Source: an uncultured Phycisphaerales bacterium
GTDB lineage: Bacteria > Planctomycetota > Phycisphaerae > Sedimentisphaerales > Anaerobacaceae
Assembly (NCBI GenBank): GCA_963772725.1
Contig: CAVYYI010000004.1
Location: forward strand, 160,001 to 224,000
Direction of reading: 5' to 3'
Length of the DNA stretch: 64,000 bases
This document shows, piece after piece, positions 49,243 to 61,066 of this stretch. Every line of letters begins with the position of its first letter. The first letter of the stretch is position 1. The notes beneath the pieces are model-generated. The model saw only the letters and a list, made by a program, of their open reading frames with translations, was not told the DNA's origin and searched no databases. Made by a program: the position numbers and the translations under genes.

Positions 49243-50688
49243 ATGAGCGAAAGTACGGCGAGATCATTGGTTACAACAGGGGGGTGCAGGGATGTACTGC
49301 GGATTGCGCTGCCTTTGATTCTTAGCACCGGCGCTGAAACGATTCAGATGTTTATCGACCGTGTTTTTTTGATGTGGTATTCTGGTGCGACGATGTCGGC
49401 GGCAATGTTTGCCGGGATGGCGAGTTTTACAATATTAAGTCTGTTTCTTGGTACGGCAACTTATGTTAATACGTTTGTGGCACAGTATGACGGAGCGGGG
49501 CGGACGGAGCGAGTCGGAGAAGCGTTATGGCAGGGGATATATTTTTCAATCGCCGCAGGTCTGATAATCGCCGGAGTCGGAATATTTTCAGAACAGATAG
49601 TAAATCTCGTGGGGCACGACTTGTCGCTGCGAGGTTATGAAGCAACGTATTTTCGAATTCTGTGTTTTGGTTCGATGCCGCTGCTTATCGCGTCGGTGCT
49701 TTCATGTTTTTTCACCGGTCGCGGAAAAACCTGGACGGTGATGTTGGTTACAGCCGGTGCGACCCTTGTGAATATTGTTCTTGATTACTGCCTGATATTC
49801 GGACACTTTAATATGCCTCGCTGGGGTATTGCCGGTGCGGCATGGGCGACTGTCGCATCGAATGTATTCGCGATGCTGGCTTATCTGCTGCTATTTTTAA
49901 GAAAAGGTCATAGACAAAAATACAATACTGCTGGCGGCTGGAGATTTGATAAGGAATTGTTCTTGAGGCTGATGAAATACGGGTTGCCAAGCGGTGTGCA
50001 ATTTATGCTCAACATATTGGGATTCGCGATTTTCATCGCACTTGTAGGCAGAATCTCGCCGGTATATCTAACGGCTACTTCCATGGCATTTCAGATTAAT
50101 CTTCTCGCGTTTATGCCGATGGTGGGTTTCAGTATGGCAGTAAGTACGCTGGTGGGCCAGACGCTGGGAAGAAACAGACCTGACCTGGCACAGAAAAGCA
50201 CATGGTCTGCGGCGTATTTGACAATAACCTATATGTCTCTGATTGCAGCGGGATATGTACTGGTTCCTGAGTTATTTATGTATCCATTTTCCGCCCAGGC
50301 TAATCCGGCGGAATACACCGCCATTCGCCCGATTGTTATAAAACTTTTGTGTTTGGTGGCTGCGTATTCGTTGTTCGATACGGGCAATCTTATCTTTTCA
50401 GCGGCTTTAAAGGGGGCGGGGGATACGCGATTTGTTATGGTTGTTTCCCTGGTATTGAATTGGGTGATTATGGTTATTCCAAGTTATCTGGCTGTCAGGC
50501 TGGCTAAGGGGTTTGACAGTCTTTATTGGGCGTGGACGGCGTTAACGGCTTATGTGTGTGTTTTAGCAGTTCTGTTTCTGCTGCGGTTTCTCGCGGGTAA
50601 ATGGAAAAGTATGCGGGTTATCGAAGCGGTACCTGTGGCTATTTCTCACGGTACGCCGGGTATCCCGACTATTGAGACAAAATCATAA
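49243..50688 (+). CDS. MATE family efflux transporter
   Basis: IALPL, D..F, VAQYDGA, NIVLDY.LIFG...GIAGAAWAT, G.P, GQ.LG, ALKGAGDT. Confidence 0.92.
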   Translation: MSESTARSLVTTGGCRDVLRIALPLILSTGAETIQMFIDRVFLMWYSGATMSAAMFAGMASFTILSLFLGTATYVNTFVAQYDGAGRTERVGEALWQGIYFSIAAGLIIAGVGIFSEQIVNLVGHDLSLRGYEATYFRILCFGSMPLLIASVLSCFFTGRGKTWTVMLVTAGATLVNIVLDYCLIFGHFNMPRWGIAGAAWATVASNVFAMLAYLLLFLRKGHRQKYNTAGGWRFDKELFLRLMKYGLPSGVQFMLNILGFAIFIALVGRISPVYLTATSMAFQINLLAFMPMVGFSMAVSTLVGQTLGRNRPDLAQKSTWSAAYLTITYMSLIAAGYVLVPELFMYPFSAQANPAEYTAIRPIVIKLLCLVAAYSLFDTGNLIFSAALKGAGDTRFVMVVSLVLNWVIMVIPSYLAVRLAKGFDSLYWAWTALTAYVCVLAVLFLLRFLAGKWKSMRVIEAVPVAISHGTPGIPTIETKS

Positions 50689-50696
50689 TCAATTAA

Positions 50697-51061
50697 AAGA
50701 GCGGGTCTGTAAGCCGAGTTCTGTGTCCGCCGTTTCCGGCAGGCCGGTCATTTATCTGGACCGACGTTACCGGCTGGTTCTATGCGACCTACCCGCCGGA
50801 TTATCGACCGGGCCGGACTACCGGCATATTTGGTCTTGCAGGCGGTGGGGTTTGCCGTGCCGCCGCCGTTACCGGCGACGCGGTGCGCTCTTACCGCACC
50901 ATTTCACCATTGCCTGAGCCGCTTTGGCGAGCCATCGGCTGTGTATTTTCTGTGGCACTTTCCCTCGGGTCGCCCCGGGCGGCCGTTAGCCGCCACCGTG
51001 CCCTGTCCTGCTCGGACTTTCCTCCGGCGCATTCCGCCGGCGACCGCTCGAACCCGCTCTT
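50697..51061 (-). ncRNA. rnpB: RNase P RNA (bacterial type A)
   Basis: - strand GAGGAAAGTCCG, GGAAAGTGCCACAGAAA, GGTAAGAGCGCACC, AAACCCCAC, ACAGAACTCGGCTTA; P1 pairing GAGCGGG/CCCGCTC. Confidence 0.96.
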
Positions 51062-51230
51062 TTAATTGATTACGATTTCCTTTAACGGTTATTATACCAA
51101 AAACTGGCTGAAAAAAAACTGTCTTGATTTATTTTACTGATTTGATACAGTCTATATCGTACAATTCAACTGACCGGCGTATAGAAAAGAAAGCGATGAT
51201 TATTATGTGGTTTGAGGCAAAAGTGGGAAA

Positions 51231-52872
51231 ATGCTGAAGTCTACTGTTCATAAATCTGAACGAATGCCGCTCCTTTTGGGGATGCCGGAACCTTATATGG
51301 ATGAAAGGCCCGTAAACTATGCTGACCGTGCGGGACAGTGGTATTCTGCATCGGTTTTGCCTGCCTCAAAAAAGCAGTTAGGTCAATACTTTACTCCTGT
51401 TGAAGTGGCAGATTTTATGGCCGCTCAGCTTTTGCCTAGGAATGAGACGACTCGGCTTATTGACCCAGGGGCTGGTACCGGAATTTTGGCGTGTGCTGCT
51501 TGTGAGTATTTAGCATCGCAAAAGCAAAGGCCGCCACAACTGATGCTCAATGTGTATGAAATAGACCCGAACCTTACAGTAATTCTCGAAAAAACGCTTT
51601 CTTATTTGGCTGAATATCTAACGAAGAAAAACATCATATTCGAATTTAAAATTAACGTCGAAGATTTTATTTTGAAATATGCATACGTATTAGAGAAAAA
51701 TCCAAGCCTTTATAATGCCGATAGGATTAAGCCGAGATTTGATATATGTATCTCAAATCCCCCTTATTTTAAGATACCAAAGTCGGATATACGCGCAGGC
51801 TGCCGAATGTGTGGTTCATGGTCAGCCGAATATTTATGCTCTCTTTATGGCTGTTTCCGCATCACTTCTTAGTGGACATGGCGAGTTGGTTTTCATTACC
51901 CCTCGAAGTTTTGCTTCTGGCCAGTATTTTCAGTTGTTTCGTGAGCATTTCTTTGAAATAATAAAACCTGAGTTTATACATATCTTTGATTCTCAACGAC
52001 ATGCTTTTGAGAGAGATGATGTTCTGCAGGAAAATATTATTATTAAAGGCAGCTATGACAGCAACAGACATTCTGATTTACAACAATTGGTTACAATTTC
52101 GAAAAGTACAGGTATCAAAGACATAATGCAGGCTAAGTGTAAGAGGTTGCCTCTTTGTGTTATACTTGACCTTGAGACTAGAGAAAAGGTTTTGAAAATT
52201 CCGCATATTGACCACAGTGAAATAGTTTTCGACAAGACGGCGAAGTTGAAAGGTTCTTTGTATAAATACGGTCTTGAGATTTCCACAGGACCAGTGGTGG
52301 CTTTTAGATCTGTCCAGTTTATATTAGAGAAAAATATGGGTAAGAAAAATTATGCCCCACTTTTATGGCTGCAAAATGTTCATCCGATGAATGTTATATG
52401 GCCTACTGGCACGCGGCAGAAGCCACAGTATATTGAGTTATTACCTGAATCGATGTATCTTCTTGTTCCGAATAGGAATTATGTTTTGATTCGAAGATTC
52501 AGCGCAAAAGAAGAAATGCGAAGGCTTATAGCTGCGCCGCTGATTGATGGGATGTTGCCTTGTGAATGGCTTGGTTTAGAAAACCATCTTAACTATATCT
52601 ATCGGCCTAATGGTACTTTGTCCGAAGAAGAAGCGTGGGGATTGGCTGTTTTGTATAATAGTTCTTTTTATGATGCATATTTTCGTATGCTGAACGGTAG
52701 CACTCAGGTTAGCGCAACCGAAATACGCTCAATTCCGTTGCCGCCATTAGATGTAATTATTGAAATTGGTAAAAGAGCAATGACTTGTGCAAATATACAT
52801 GAGAATATTGATTCTTTGACACAACTTGCTTTTCAGAACACAGACATAAAAAGAAAGGACATCTATGTCTAA
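51231..52872 (+). CDS. Type II N6-adenine DNA methyltransferase (M.BsuBI/PstI-like), frameshift ~51790
   Basis: LGQYFTP, IDPGAGTG, ISNPPY; second fragment QPNIYALF, FITPRSF, TGPVV.FR, ENHLN. Confidence 0.9.
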
Positions 52873-53800
52873 AGTGAAGGAGGCACAAAAAATTCTCAAG
52901 GCATTAGGTTTGCCGCCCGAACAGCAAAACGAAATGGCGGCACTGACACTTCTTGCTTTAGCCGGCGTTAAACCGAAAGACCTCTGGAAAAATTCAATAA
53001 GAGAAAGTCAAACTGTAACAAAAGGCATTATGGCTTTTGCCGCGATATATTATCGTAAAAAATATGCCCCTAATACGAGAGAAACTTTCAGAAGGCATGT
53101 TCTTCATCAATTTGTTCAGGCTGGCATTGCGGATTATAATCCCGATAATCCTTCGCTTCCTACAAACAGCCCCAACGCTCATTATGCAATATCAGAAGCA
53201 GCTCTTTCTGTTATTCAAAAGTGGGGTACTGACGGATGGGAAGCCGCATGTAAAAAGTTTATAAAACAGCATGGCAGTCTGGTTGAGTTATATCGTAACA
53301 AGAGAAATATTGCTATGGTTCCAGTACGTTTGCCCAATGGGGAAGTTTTAGAATTATCTCCCGGTGAGCATAATGAAATACAGGCAGCGGTTATAAAGGA
53401 ATTTGCCCCGCGTTTTGCCGGTACCCCTAAATTGCTTTATCTGGGAGATACGGCAAAAAAGAATCTTGTTATTGACGATAGCAGTTTCAAAAAATTGAAT
53501 GTATCCATAAGCGAACATAGTAAACTTCCAGATATTGTTTTATACGATGACAAACGTAACTGGCTTTTCTTGATTGAAGCGGTTACTTCACATGGCCCGA
53601 TGTCGCCTAAAAGGGTTGTCGAACTTAGAAAAATGTTTTCCGATTGCCCTGCGGGTCTTGTGTTTGTCAGTGCTTTTTTAAGTTTTGATCAGTTTCGTAA
53701 ACACCTCAAAGATATAGCGTGGGAAACGGAAGTTTGGATAGCTGAAATTCCCGACCACCTTATTCACTACAATGGAGATAAGTTTTTAGGGCCGCGTTGA
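52865..53800 (+). CDS. BsuBI/PstI-family type II restriction endonuclease
   Basis: YAPNTRETFRR..LHQF, LSPGEHN, FAPRF, KLPDIVLYD, LIEAVTSHGP, IAWETEVW, HYNG. Confidence 0.92.
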   Translation: MSKVKEAQKILKALGLPPEQQNEMAALTLLALAGVKPKDLWKNSIRESQTVTKGIMAFAAIYYRKKYAPNTRETFRRHVLHQFVQAGIADYNPDNPSLPTNSPNAHYAISEAALSVIQKWGTDGWEAACKKFIKQHGSLVELYRNKRNIAMVPVRLPNGEVLELSPGEHNEIQAAVIKEFAPRFAGTPKLLYLGDTAKKNLVIDDSSFKKLNVSISEHSKLPDIVLYDDKRNWLFLIEAVTSHGPMSPKRVVELRKMFSDCPAGLVFVSAFLSFDQFRKHLKDIAWETEVWIAEIPDHLIHYNGDKFLGPR

Positions 53801-53829
53801 TAATATTGGCAAACCTGTACAGGTTTAGC

Positions 53830-55447
53830 TTATTTTCCGCGGACAATTTCGATATGCTTTTTGAAATTTTTGTTGTCGGGTGACGGGAAATCGCTTCTGA
53901 AATGTACGCCTCGGCTTTCTTTTCGCATTTGCGCCGCTTGTGCCATCAGCAGGGCGGTTGTGAGCATGTTCTGAAGTTCCCAGCCTTGCGGTGAATCAAA
54001 AATCTTATCCATAACATATCTCTGCCAGAACCTGATAATCTCCTGTGCTTCGGTGAGCGGCTGGTCTTTTCGAGTGATACCGACATTTCGCCACATCAGG
54101 CCCGCAGTGAGTTCCTTACGTCAATAGTATCGAGTCTTGTGCGGTCGGATTGCGGGATTTGGTAATGTAAAGATGGATGCCTTAAGTGAGAAGCCTCTGT
54201 TTTTATATGTGCAGAGGCGGCCTGCCCGGCGATTCTGCCGAAAACAAGTCCCTCAAGAAGCGAATTACTGGCGAGGCGATTTGCGCCGTGCAGGCCTGTG
54301 GCGGCTATTTCTCCGCAGGCGTAAAGATTTTTAATGCTTGTCCTGGCGGAAGCGTTTGTTTTTACACCGCCGACCATATAGTGTGCGCTTGGTCGCACCG
54401 GAATCAGGTCTTTGCTGATATCAATATCGAAGCTTTCGCACAATTCATTTATCGCCGGGAACCTTTGTGCGAATTGTTCTTTATCGAAGTGGCGGGCGTT
54501 CGAGATAAACGTGCGTTGAATTTGTTTTGAGCATTTGTGAAAGTATCGCCCGACTTACGATGTCCCGTGGGGCAAGCTCTCCCGATTCGTGGTAGTCTTT
54601 CATAAAGCGGTAGCCATTACAATCCACAAGGATACCGCCCTCACCGCGAAGAGCCTCGGTTATCAAGGCGCGTGAAGCACCGGCGATATACAATGTCGTG
54701 GGGTGAAACTGCATAAATTCAAGATCCTGCAGCACAGCGCCTGCACGATAAGCCATTGCGATGCCGTCACCAGTAGCGACATCAGGATTGGTTGTTTCAC
54801 GATAAAGCTGGCCTGCCCCGCCGGTCGCGAGGATTGTGTTGGCAGCCCAGATAATCTGGTACCCCCTATGCTTGTCGAATCCGATTACTCCTACGCAGTC
54901 ATTATTATTGTTGACGAGTAAATCAATGACGAAGAAATTTTCAATTATTCTAATTTTGGAATTTTGGGTCGCTGTTTTTATAAGGGTTTGAGCGATAATA
55001 CGGCCGGTCTCATCGCCATGGGCGTGGGCAATACGCGGATGGCTGTGGCCTCCTTCAAGAGCGGTGGCGATGTGACTGTTGTTTCTGTCGAACTCCGCAC
55101 CCCAGTTGACGAGCTGCTCGAATAAGCTCGGGTCCGTTTCGCACGACCATCTCGACGGTTTTTTCGTCGCATATTCCGCAGCCTGTCTTGAGCGTGTCAG
55201 CTATATGTGATTCAAAAGTATCGGTTTTAGCCAGTACTGTGGCGATGCCTCCCTGAGCTTTCCATGTATTGCTGTTTTCGAGAGTGTCTTTGCAGACGAT
55301 TAGGACGTTGCAGCGATTTGCGGCTTCAATAGCTGCGCGAAGGCCGGCTATGCCTGAGCCTATAACAAGGCAATCGGTGAATAACTGATGCGTCGCAATA
55401 GTGTCAATATTTACAAGATAACGCCTGAATTCCGCCTGAGCAGTCAT
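53830..55447 (-). CDS. nadB: L-aspartate oxidase (multiple 1-bp frameshifts, likely sequencing errors)
   Basis: [66 protein letters not shown] across fragments. Confidence 0.92.
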
Positions 55448-55624
55448 AAAATTTTCTGTTCCTTATTTTTGTAACCAAAGTTCGTAAAGCCGCCCTTTTA
55501 TTAAACCACAAATGAACACGAATAAACACAAAAAAATGGATAGGATAGCAGCGCGTTCATTCGTTAATATATCTGCGATAAAAATTTGTTGCAGGAAAGG
55601 TCTGAAAAAGCGATTATTAGAGAT

Positions 55625-56275
55625 ATGGAAGCTGAAGATTTTTACAAAGTGCGCAAAGCTATGGTCAAACTTGACCTGCAGGACAGGGGCATAAACGACC
55701 TTTACGTATTAAAGGCGATGGGTGAGATTCCACGCGAGGAATTTATCTCTGGAACTTATCAATCTCAGGCTTATGCCGATGGTCCGCTGCCTATCGGTTG
55801 CGGCCAGACTATTTCCCAGCCTTATATTGTCGCCCTGATGACGCAGGAACTCAAACTTAACCGAAACTGTGAGGTTCTCGAAATCGGCACAGGCAGCGGC
55901 TATCAGACGGCGATTTTGAGCAAGATCGCGAAAAAAGTTTATACAGTTGAGCGATTTGCCCAGTTGTCGGAATCGGCGCAGGCGGTTTTAGGCCGACTGA
56001 AAATCGACAACGTCGAATTTTACATTGGTGACGGCAGTAACGGCTGGCCGGAGAAACGCACTTTCGATAGAATTATTATTACCGCAGGTGTCCCCGAAAT
56101 GCCCTCGCCTTTAGCAACTCAGCTTGCCGATGGCGGCCTGATAATCGCGCCGGTAGGGGGGATAGGTTCGCAGGTTTTAACTATCGGCAGAAAAAAGGCC
56201 AAAGGACTTATCGAAAAAATAATCTGCGATGTACGTTTTGTCAAACTCATCGGCGAACACGGATTTAAAGAGTAA
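55625..56275 (+). CDS. pcm: Protein-L-isoaspartate O-methyltransferase
   Basis: PREEF, AY.D.PLPIG.GQTISQPY, VLEIGTGSGYQ, GDG..GW, FDRII.TA. Confidence 0.95.
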   Translation: MEAEDFYKVRKAMVKLDLQDRGINDLYVLKAMGEIPREEFISGTYQSQAYADGPLPIGCGQTISQPYIVALMTQELKLNRNCEVLEIGTGSGYQTAILSKIAKKVYTVERFAQLSESAQAVLGRLKIDNVEFYIGDGSNGWPEKRTFDRIIITAGVPEMPSPLATQLADGGLIIAPVGGIGSQVLTIGRKKAKGLIEKIICDVRFVKLIGEHGFKE

Positions 56276-56449
56276 ACCAAGGATTTTTTAGACACGGATT
56301 TACACGGATTAACACTGATAAAAAGCAAGAAGTAAAAAGAAAAATAGAATGCTAATCCTGTAATCCCTCCTGATTTTCTTGTGTCCATTCGTGTTTATTC
56401 GTGGTTAATTTCTTTTGTTATGGTGTCATTTCGGGATTATAATAACGGT

Positions 56450-58531
56450 ATGACTCAAAAGGATAAGATTGATTTAGCGATGCCGGTGCAGTATCTCAAG
56501 GGCGTTGGGCCGGCAAGAGCGGCGGTCTTTGAGCAGCTTGGCGTTAAGACCGTCGGGGATTTGCTTGAGTATTTTCCCCGAGACTGGAACTTTTTCGCGA
56601 CGCCGATAAAAATAAAGGATGTGCAGCCCAACGAGATTGTCAGCGTAATCGGGCAGGTGGAATCGACGGATTTTCAGAATTTTCGCAGGCCGCCGATTTT
56701 TGAAATTATGCTGGCTGATGACACAGATGTGTGCAGAGTCATCTGGTTTAACGGAAGCTATCTCACTAAGCAGATAAAGGTCGGCCAGGTGATTATGGTT
56801 TCGGGAAAGGCCGCGGTGTATAAACATAACCTGCAGATTACGAATCCGAAGTTTGTTGTAATTGAGCAGGAGGATTTTAATGCGGAGGAATATTTCGGCG
56901 GGGGCGTTTATCCTGCGACGGCCAAACTGACAAGCAGAAGAATCAAGCAGGTAATTAAGCCTGTTCTTGATAATATTGATGTTTTGATAGACGAGTTTTA
57001 TGATAAAAACTTTTTAAAAGATACACTTCTGGTCGGCAGGAAAGACGCTTTTCGATGGATACATCTGCCGCCTGATGAAGAAAAACTGGCTCAGGCAAAA
57101 CGCAGGCTTAAATACGATGAATTATTTCTGATGCAGCTTGGTCTGGCGCTTCGGCGATATAAAACACAGCATTTTTCTTCCGCGATACCAATGTCATGCG
57201 ATGAGAAAATCGATTCGAGAATCAGGAAGCGTTTCCCGTTCCTGCTTACCGAGGACCAGGACAAAGTGATAAGTGAAATTGCCGCGGATATGGGAAAAAC
57301 TCAGCCGATGAATCGGCTTTTGCAGGGTGACGTCGGTTCAGGTAAAACGGTTGTGGCTCTTTACGCGGCTCTGCTTGCAGTCGCGAATAAAACGCAGGTC
57401 GCGATTATGGCTCCTACGGAAATTCTCGCCGGCCAGCATTTTCTCAGTATTGAAAGATATTTGAAAGGCAGCAACGTCAAAAGGGTATTGATAACCGGCG
57501 GCCTGACCGGTAAAAAGAGAACTGAGCTTCTTGAGCAGATAAAAAGCGGCCAAATCAATATAGTTGTCGGAACGGTGGCGTTACTGCAGAAAGATATAGA
57601 GTTTCAAAAACTTGGATTGGCTATTATAGATGAGCAGCATAAATTCGGCGTCGAGCAGAGGTGGTTATTGCGAAAAGACGCCTCTCCGCACAGCCTGGTT
57701 ATGACCGCCACGCCTATTCCTCGCACGCTTGCGATGACCGCTTTCGGCGACCTCGATATTTCGATTATAAAACATTCGCCGCCCGGCAGAGGGAAAATAA
57801 TTACCAGATGGGTTGACCGCGGAAATCAGCGAAAGGCCGAAGAGTTCATCCGCGGACACCTCAAGGCCGGCCGTCAGGCCTATTTTGTTTATCCGAGAAT
57901 TACCGGCCTCGAAGCTGACAACGATATCAAGGCCGCGACAGATGAATGGCATAAGCTCTCGAAAGTGGTTTTTCCGGAATTTAATGTAAAACTTTTGCAC
58001 GGCCAGATGCCTTCCGATGCAAAGCAGAAGATTATGGATGAATTTCGCAGAGGTAAAATCAATGTACTTGTTTCAACGCAGGTGATAGAGGTCGGCGTTG
58101 ACGTTCCTAATGCCACGATAATGGTTATCGAAGAAGCTGACAGGTTCGGCATAGCGCAGCTGCACCAGCTAAGGGGACGCATCGGCAGGGGCAGTATCAC
58201 ATCATACTGTTTGCTTTTTGCTGAAACTGAAACTGAGCCTGCCAAAACAAGACTCGATATAATGACCCGGAGCAATGACGGTTTTGAAATTGCTGAATAC
58301 GACCTGAAACTTCGCGGGCCGGGTGAATTATTCAGCACGCGTCAGCACGGTTTGCCGGATTTGAAAATAGCCAATATCATCGACGATTATGACCTGCTGA
58401 TTATGGCCAGGAAAAACGCTTTTGGGCTTGTCGCTCGTGACCCGATGCTGATTATGCCGCAGCATAAAAATATCCGCCAGGCTTTGCTTGCCAAATTCGG
58501 CGACTCCCTCGGTTTGGCAGACGTAGCATAA
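56450..58531 (+). CDS. recG: ATP-dependent DNA helicase RecG
   Basis: [63 protein letters not shown]. Confidence 0.97.
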   Translation: MTQKDKIDLAMPVQYLKGVGPARAAVFEQLGVKTVGDLLEYFPRDWNFFATPIKIKDVQPNEIVSVIGQVESTDFQNFRRPPIFEIMLADDTDVCRVIWFNGSYLTKQIKVGQVIMVSGKAAVYKHNLQITNPKFVVIEQEDFNAEEYFGGGVYPATAKLTSRRIKQVIKPVLDNIDVLIDEFYDKNFLKDTLLVGRKDAFRWIHLPPDEEKLAQAKRRLKYDELFLMQLGLALRRYKTQHFSSAIPMSCDEKIDSRIRKRFPFLLTEDQDKVISEIAADMGKTQPMNRLLQGDVGSGKTVVALYAALLAVANKTQVAIMAPTEILAGQHFLSIERYLKGSNVKRVLITGGLTGKKRTELLEQIKSGQINIVVGTVALLQKDIEFQKLGLAIIDEQHKFGVEQRWLLRKDASPHSLVMTATPIPRTLAMTAFGDLDISIIKHSPPGRGKIITRWVDRGNQRKAEEFIRGHLKAGRQAYFVYPRITGLEADNDIKAATDEWHKLSKVVFPEFNVKLLHGQMPSDAKQKIMDEFRRGKINVLVSTQVIEVGVDVPNATIMVIEEADRFGIAQLHQLRGRIGRGSITSYCLLFAETETEPAKTRLDIMTRSNDGFEIAEYDLKLRGPGELFSTRQHGLPDLKIANIIDDYDLLIMARKNAFGLVARDPMLIMPQHKNIRQALLAKFGDSLGLADVA

Positions 58532-58673
58532 CTTTTAATAAATTGACACAAAATCAATAATGCAAAATTGAAATAGGAGGTAGCAGTCTTTAATAATATA
58601 TGATATTATTAAAGAATTGGAAGGTTTGGTTATTAGCCGGTTGTTTAATATGGGAAGTGTCAGGTAAAAGATT

Positions 58674-59048
58674 ATGAGGCCTAAAATCAAAGTGATTATA
58701 AGTCTTTTAGGTGCCGTGTTTTTTATATTTTACGGTGTATATCAGACAATTAACCATGCTTCGCAAACAAATGCATTCGCTCTTGATGCTTTTTTATCTT
58801 TTATCATATTTACTGCTTTTATTTTTAGTGTCATTACGAAAGACATAAAGATATGTCAGAGTATTTTTATTACATGGACAATTGCTTGTGTTTTATTTTT
58901 TTGCTATCTCTTCTGTTCTCGCTTTTTAGGAAACAAATATTCAAATAGCCCTCGTGAGGTTTTATTTGTGACATTGCTTGATGGGGGTATATGGGGTCTT
59001 GAAGTATTTATTTTATGGCTTGGACTTAATGGTCTTAAAAAGGCCTAA
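58674..59048 (+). CDS. AT-rich hypothetical membrane protein
   Basis: About 4 hydrophobic segments in a 124-aa ORF. Confidence 0.6.
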   Translation: MRPKIKVIISLLGAVFFIFYGVYQTINHASQTNAFALDAFLSFIIFTAFIFSVITKDIKICQSIFITWTIACVLFFCYLFCSRFLGNKYSNSPREVLFVTLLDGGIWGLEVFILWLGLNGLKKA

Positions 59049-59092
59049 AAAGATTGAATAAATATGGCCTCAATGGTTAATTAAGAAAGAGA

Positions 59093-60109
59093 TTATGTCA
59101 GTTTTCGATATTGTCGCAGCATATCGAGGAGGTTCTGCATATCCGGAGGCAGGGGGGCTTCGAATGTGACTAATTCTCCTGTTGTGGGGTGTTTAAATTC
59201 GAGTAAGCGAGCATGCAGGGCGACGCGGCTTATAATCGGCTCTTCCGCCGCTGGTTCGGTGTTTTTGAGCTGCCAGGGATAGACAAGTTTTCCGCCATAC
59301 ATATCATCAGCCACAACCGGATGTTTAAGGTAAGAAAGATGCACGCGAATCTGATGTGTTCTGCCGGTTTTGATTCTTAACTGCAAAAGAGAAAATCCGC
59401 GGAAGGCCTCTATAACCTCATAAAAAGTTATCGCTTCCTTTCCGGAATAGGGGCGGGCAGCGTATTTTTCTCTGATTTTGGGATGGACGCCGAGAGGAAC
59501 ATTTATGCAATCGGCGGTCAGCTCAGGGCAGCCGTGAACGATTGCCATATAAATTTTCCGCGTTTGGCGGTTTTCAAATTGTTTGGCTATTTTCCATTGT
59601 GCTACATCGTTTTTGGTAATGACCATAACCCCAGTGGTGTTTTTATCAAGCCGGTGGACAATTCCAGGTCGAAATTCACCGAGTCCTGTGGATAGTTCAT
59701 CAGAATAATGCACCAGTGCGTTAACAATAGTGCCGTGAGTTTTTCCGCGTGCGGGATGGACGATTATGTTCTGCTGTTTATTTATGACGATAATGTCGGA
59801 GTCTTCATAGATAACGTTGAGGGGTATATCTTCGGCTAAAATTTCTTTTTCAGGCAGTTCGGGCAGCGTTAGTTCTATTGTATCGCCGGGATTTAATTGG
59901 GTGCTTGGCTTTGCGGTTTTGCCGTTAACTTTGGCGCCGCCGGCCTTAATTACTTCCTGAATCATAACCCTGCTGTAATTGCCGAATCGTCCGTGGAGAT
60001 ATTTGTTGAGCCGCCGTTCTTTGACGGACGCTCCGACCTGAAGCGTTGTTGTCGCGGAGATACTGCCGCCCTTATCTGTTGAAGAAAGCTGGCTTGAATT
60101 TTGCTCCAT
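59093..60109 (-). CDS. rluD: RluA/RluD-family 23S rRNA pseudouridine synthase
   Basis: S4 domain, RPGIVHRLDKNTTG, TGRTHQIRVH, LHA..L.F.HP. Confidence 0.88.
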   Translation of the reverse strand: MEQNSSQLSSTDKGGSISATTTLQVGASVKERRLNKYLHGRFGNYSRVMIQEVIKAGGAKVNGKTAKPSTQLNPGDTIELTLPELPEKEILAEDIPLNVIYEDSDIIVINKQQNIIVHPARGKTHGTIVNALVHYSDELSTGLGEFRPGIVHRLDKNTTGVMVITKNDVAQWKIAKQFENRQTRKIYMAIVHGCPELTADCINVPLGVHPKIREKYAARPYSGKEAITFYEVIEAFRGFSLLQLRIKTGRTHQIRVHLSYLKHPVVADDMYGGKLVYPWQLKNTEPAAEEPIISRVALHARLLEFKHPTTGELVTFEAPLPPDMQNLLDMLRQYRKLT

Positions 60110-60124
60110 AATAACCGCTAAGGA

Positions 60125-60934
60125 TTATTTTCCCGGCACATTGATGGCGTTGACTTCGGGTTTGACTATCGTTGTCGCGGGTGCATTCTCGATTGTCGGC
60201 CCCAGGGGAGCGTCAGGTTTTATCATTGGAGCAGTTGCCGGGGCAGGTGCAGGTTTGGGCGGCGGAAGGAAAGTAATTTTTTTCTGATAATCCGCCAGTT
60301 CGGGAAGTCTTTGTTTAGCCTGAACAGAAGCGACCGTACCTGCCAGCGAAGAATCCGCGACAATGTCCTTATAAATATTTGCGGCTTCAGCGAATTTGCC
60401 GAGTTCTTCCTCGCAAAGGCCCAGACCGTATTTTGCCGCCCCTCTTAACGAAGGATTATCTGTCGATTTCAGTATAGCCTGGCTGTAGCTTTCTTTTGCC
60501 TTGGCTATCTGAGTTGTTAATTCCGTCTCAGGGACTGCTTCACGCCGATAGTGCATTTCGGCCCGAATAGTTTCCGCATATTTTATCAGGGCTAATGCAC
60601 CCATATCGTTATTTTTCGTACTTTGACCCAAACTGCCGAGTTTATTCATTGGGTCAATAAAAGCATACGAAATGTCGATTTCACGAGCCTGGGGGTTGAG
60701 AACCGCAGTTTTAACCTGCATAACCTGGGTTAGAAGGTTTGTAAAATCGACCTGTTTCTGAACTTCTACTACATTCTTTTCATACTTTTTGTAAATATAC
60801 ACGCCGACAACCAGAACAATTACTATTGAAACGTAAATAATCGTTCTTAGGTTTTCCTGTATCCACTCAGGAAAGTTCATTAACCATTCGGCCAATTCAT
60901 TGGTTTTAAGTTCGTGTCGATGTTCAGATTTCAT
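60125..60934 (-). CDS. YfgM-like TPR membrane protein
   Basis: MKSEHRHELKTNELA N-terminus, one TM helix, TPR-like helices. Confidence 0.65.
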   Translation of the reverse strand: MKSEHRHELKTNELAEWLMNFPEWIQENLRTIIYVSIVIVLVVGVYIYKKYEKNVVEVQKQVDFTNLLTQVMQVKTAVLNPQAREIDISYAFIDPMNKLGSLGQSTKNNDMGALALIKYAETIRAEMHYRREAVPETELTTQIAKAKESYSQAILKSTDNPSLRGAAKYGLGLCEEELGKFAEAANIYKDIVADSSLAGTVASVQAKQRLPELADYQKKITFLPPPKPAPAPATAPMIKPDAPLGPTIENAPATTIVKPEVNAINVPGK

Positions 60935-61066
60935 TTTTGCTCCATTTTTCTTAATATAATAATAGAGTACATTCAGAAACCTGCATTTTAACACAACTTA
61001 TTTTGTCTTGCAATGCCCCTGTTTGTTTATTAAAATTTTAATTTACCGTATATTGAAAGGGCGTAA

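Noticed and set aside
50672..51069. Short + strand ORFs
   Set aside because: Antisense to RNase P RNA.
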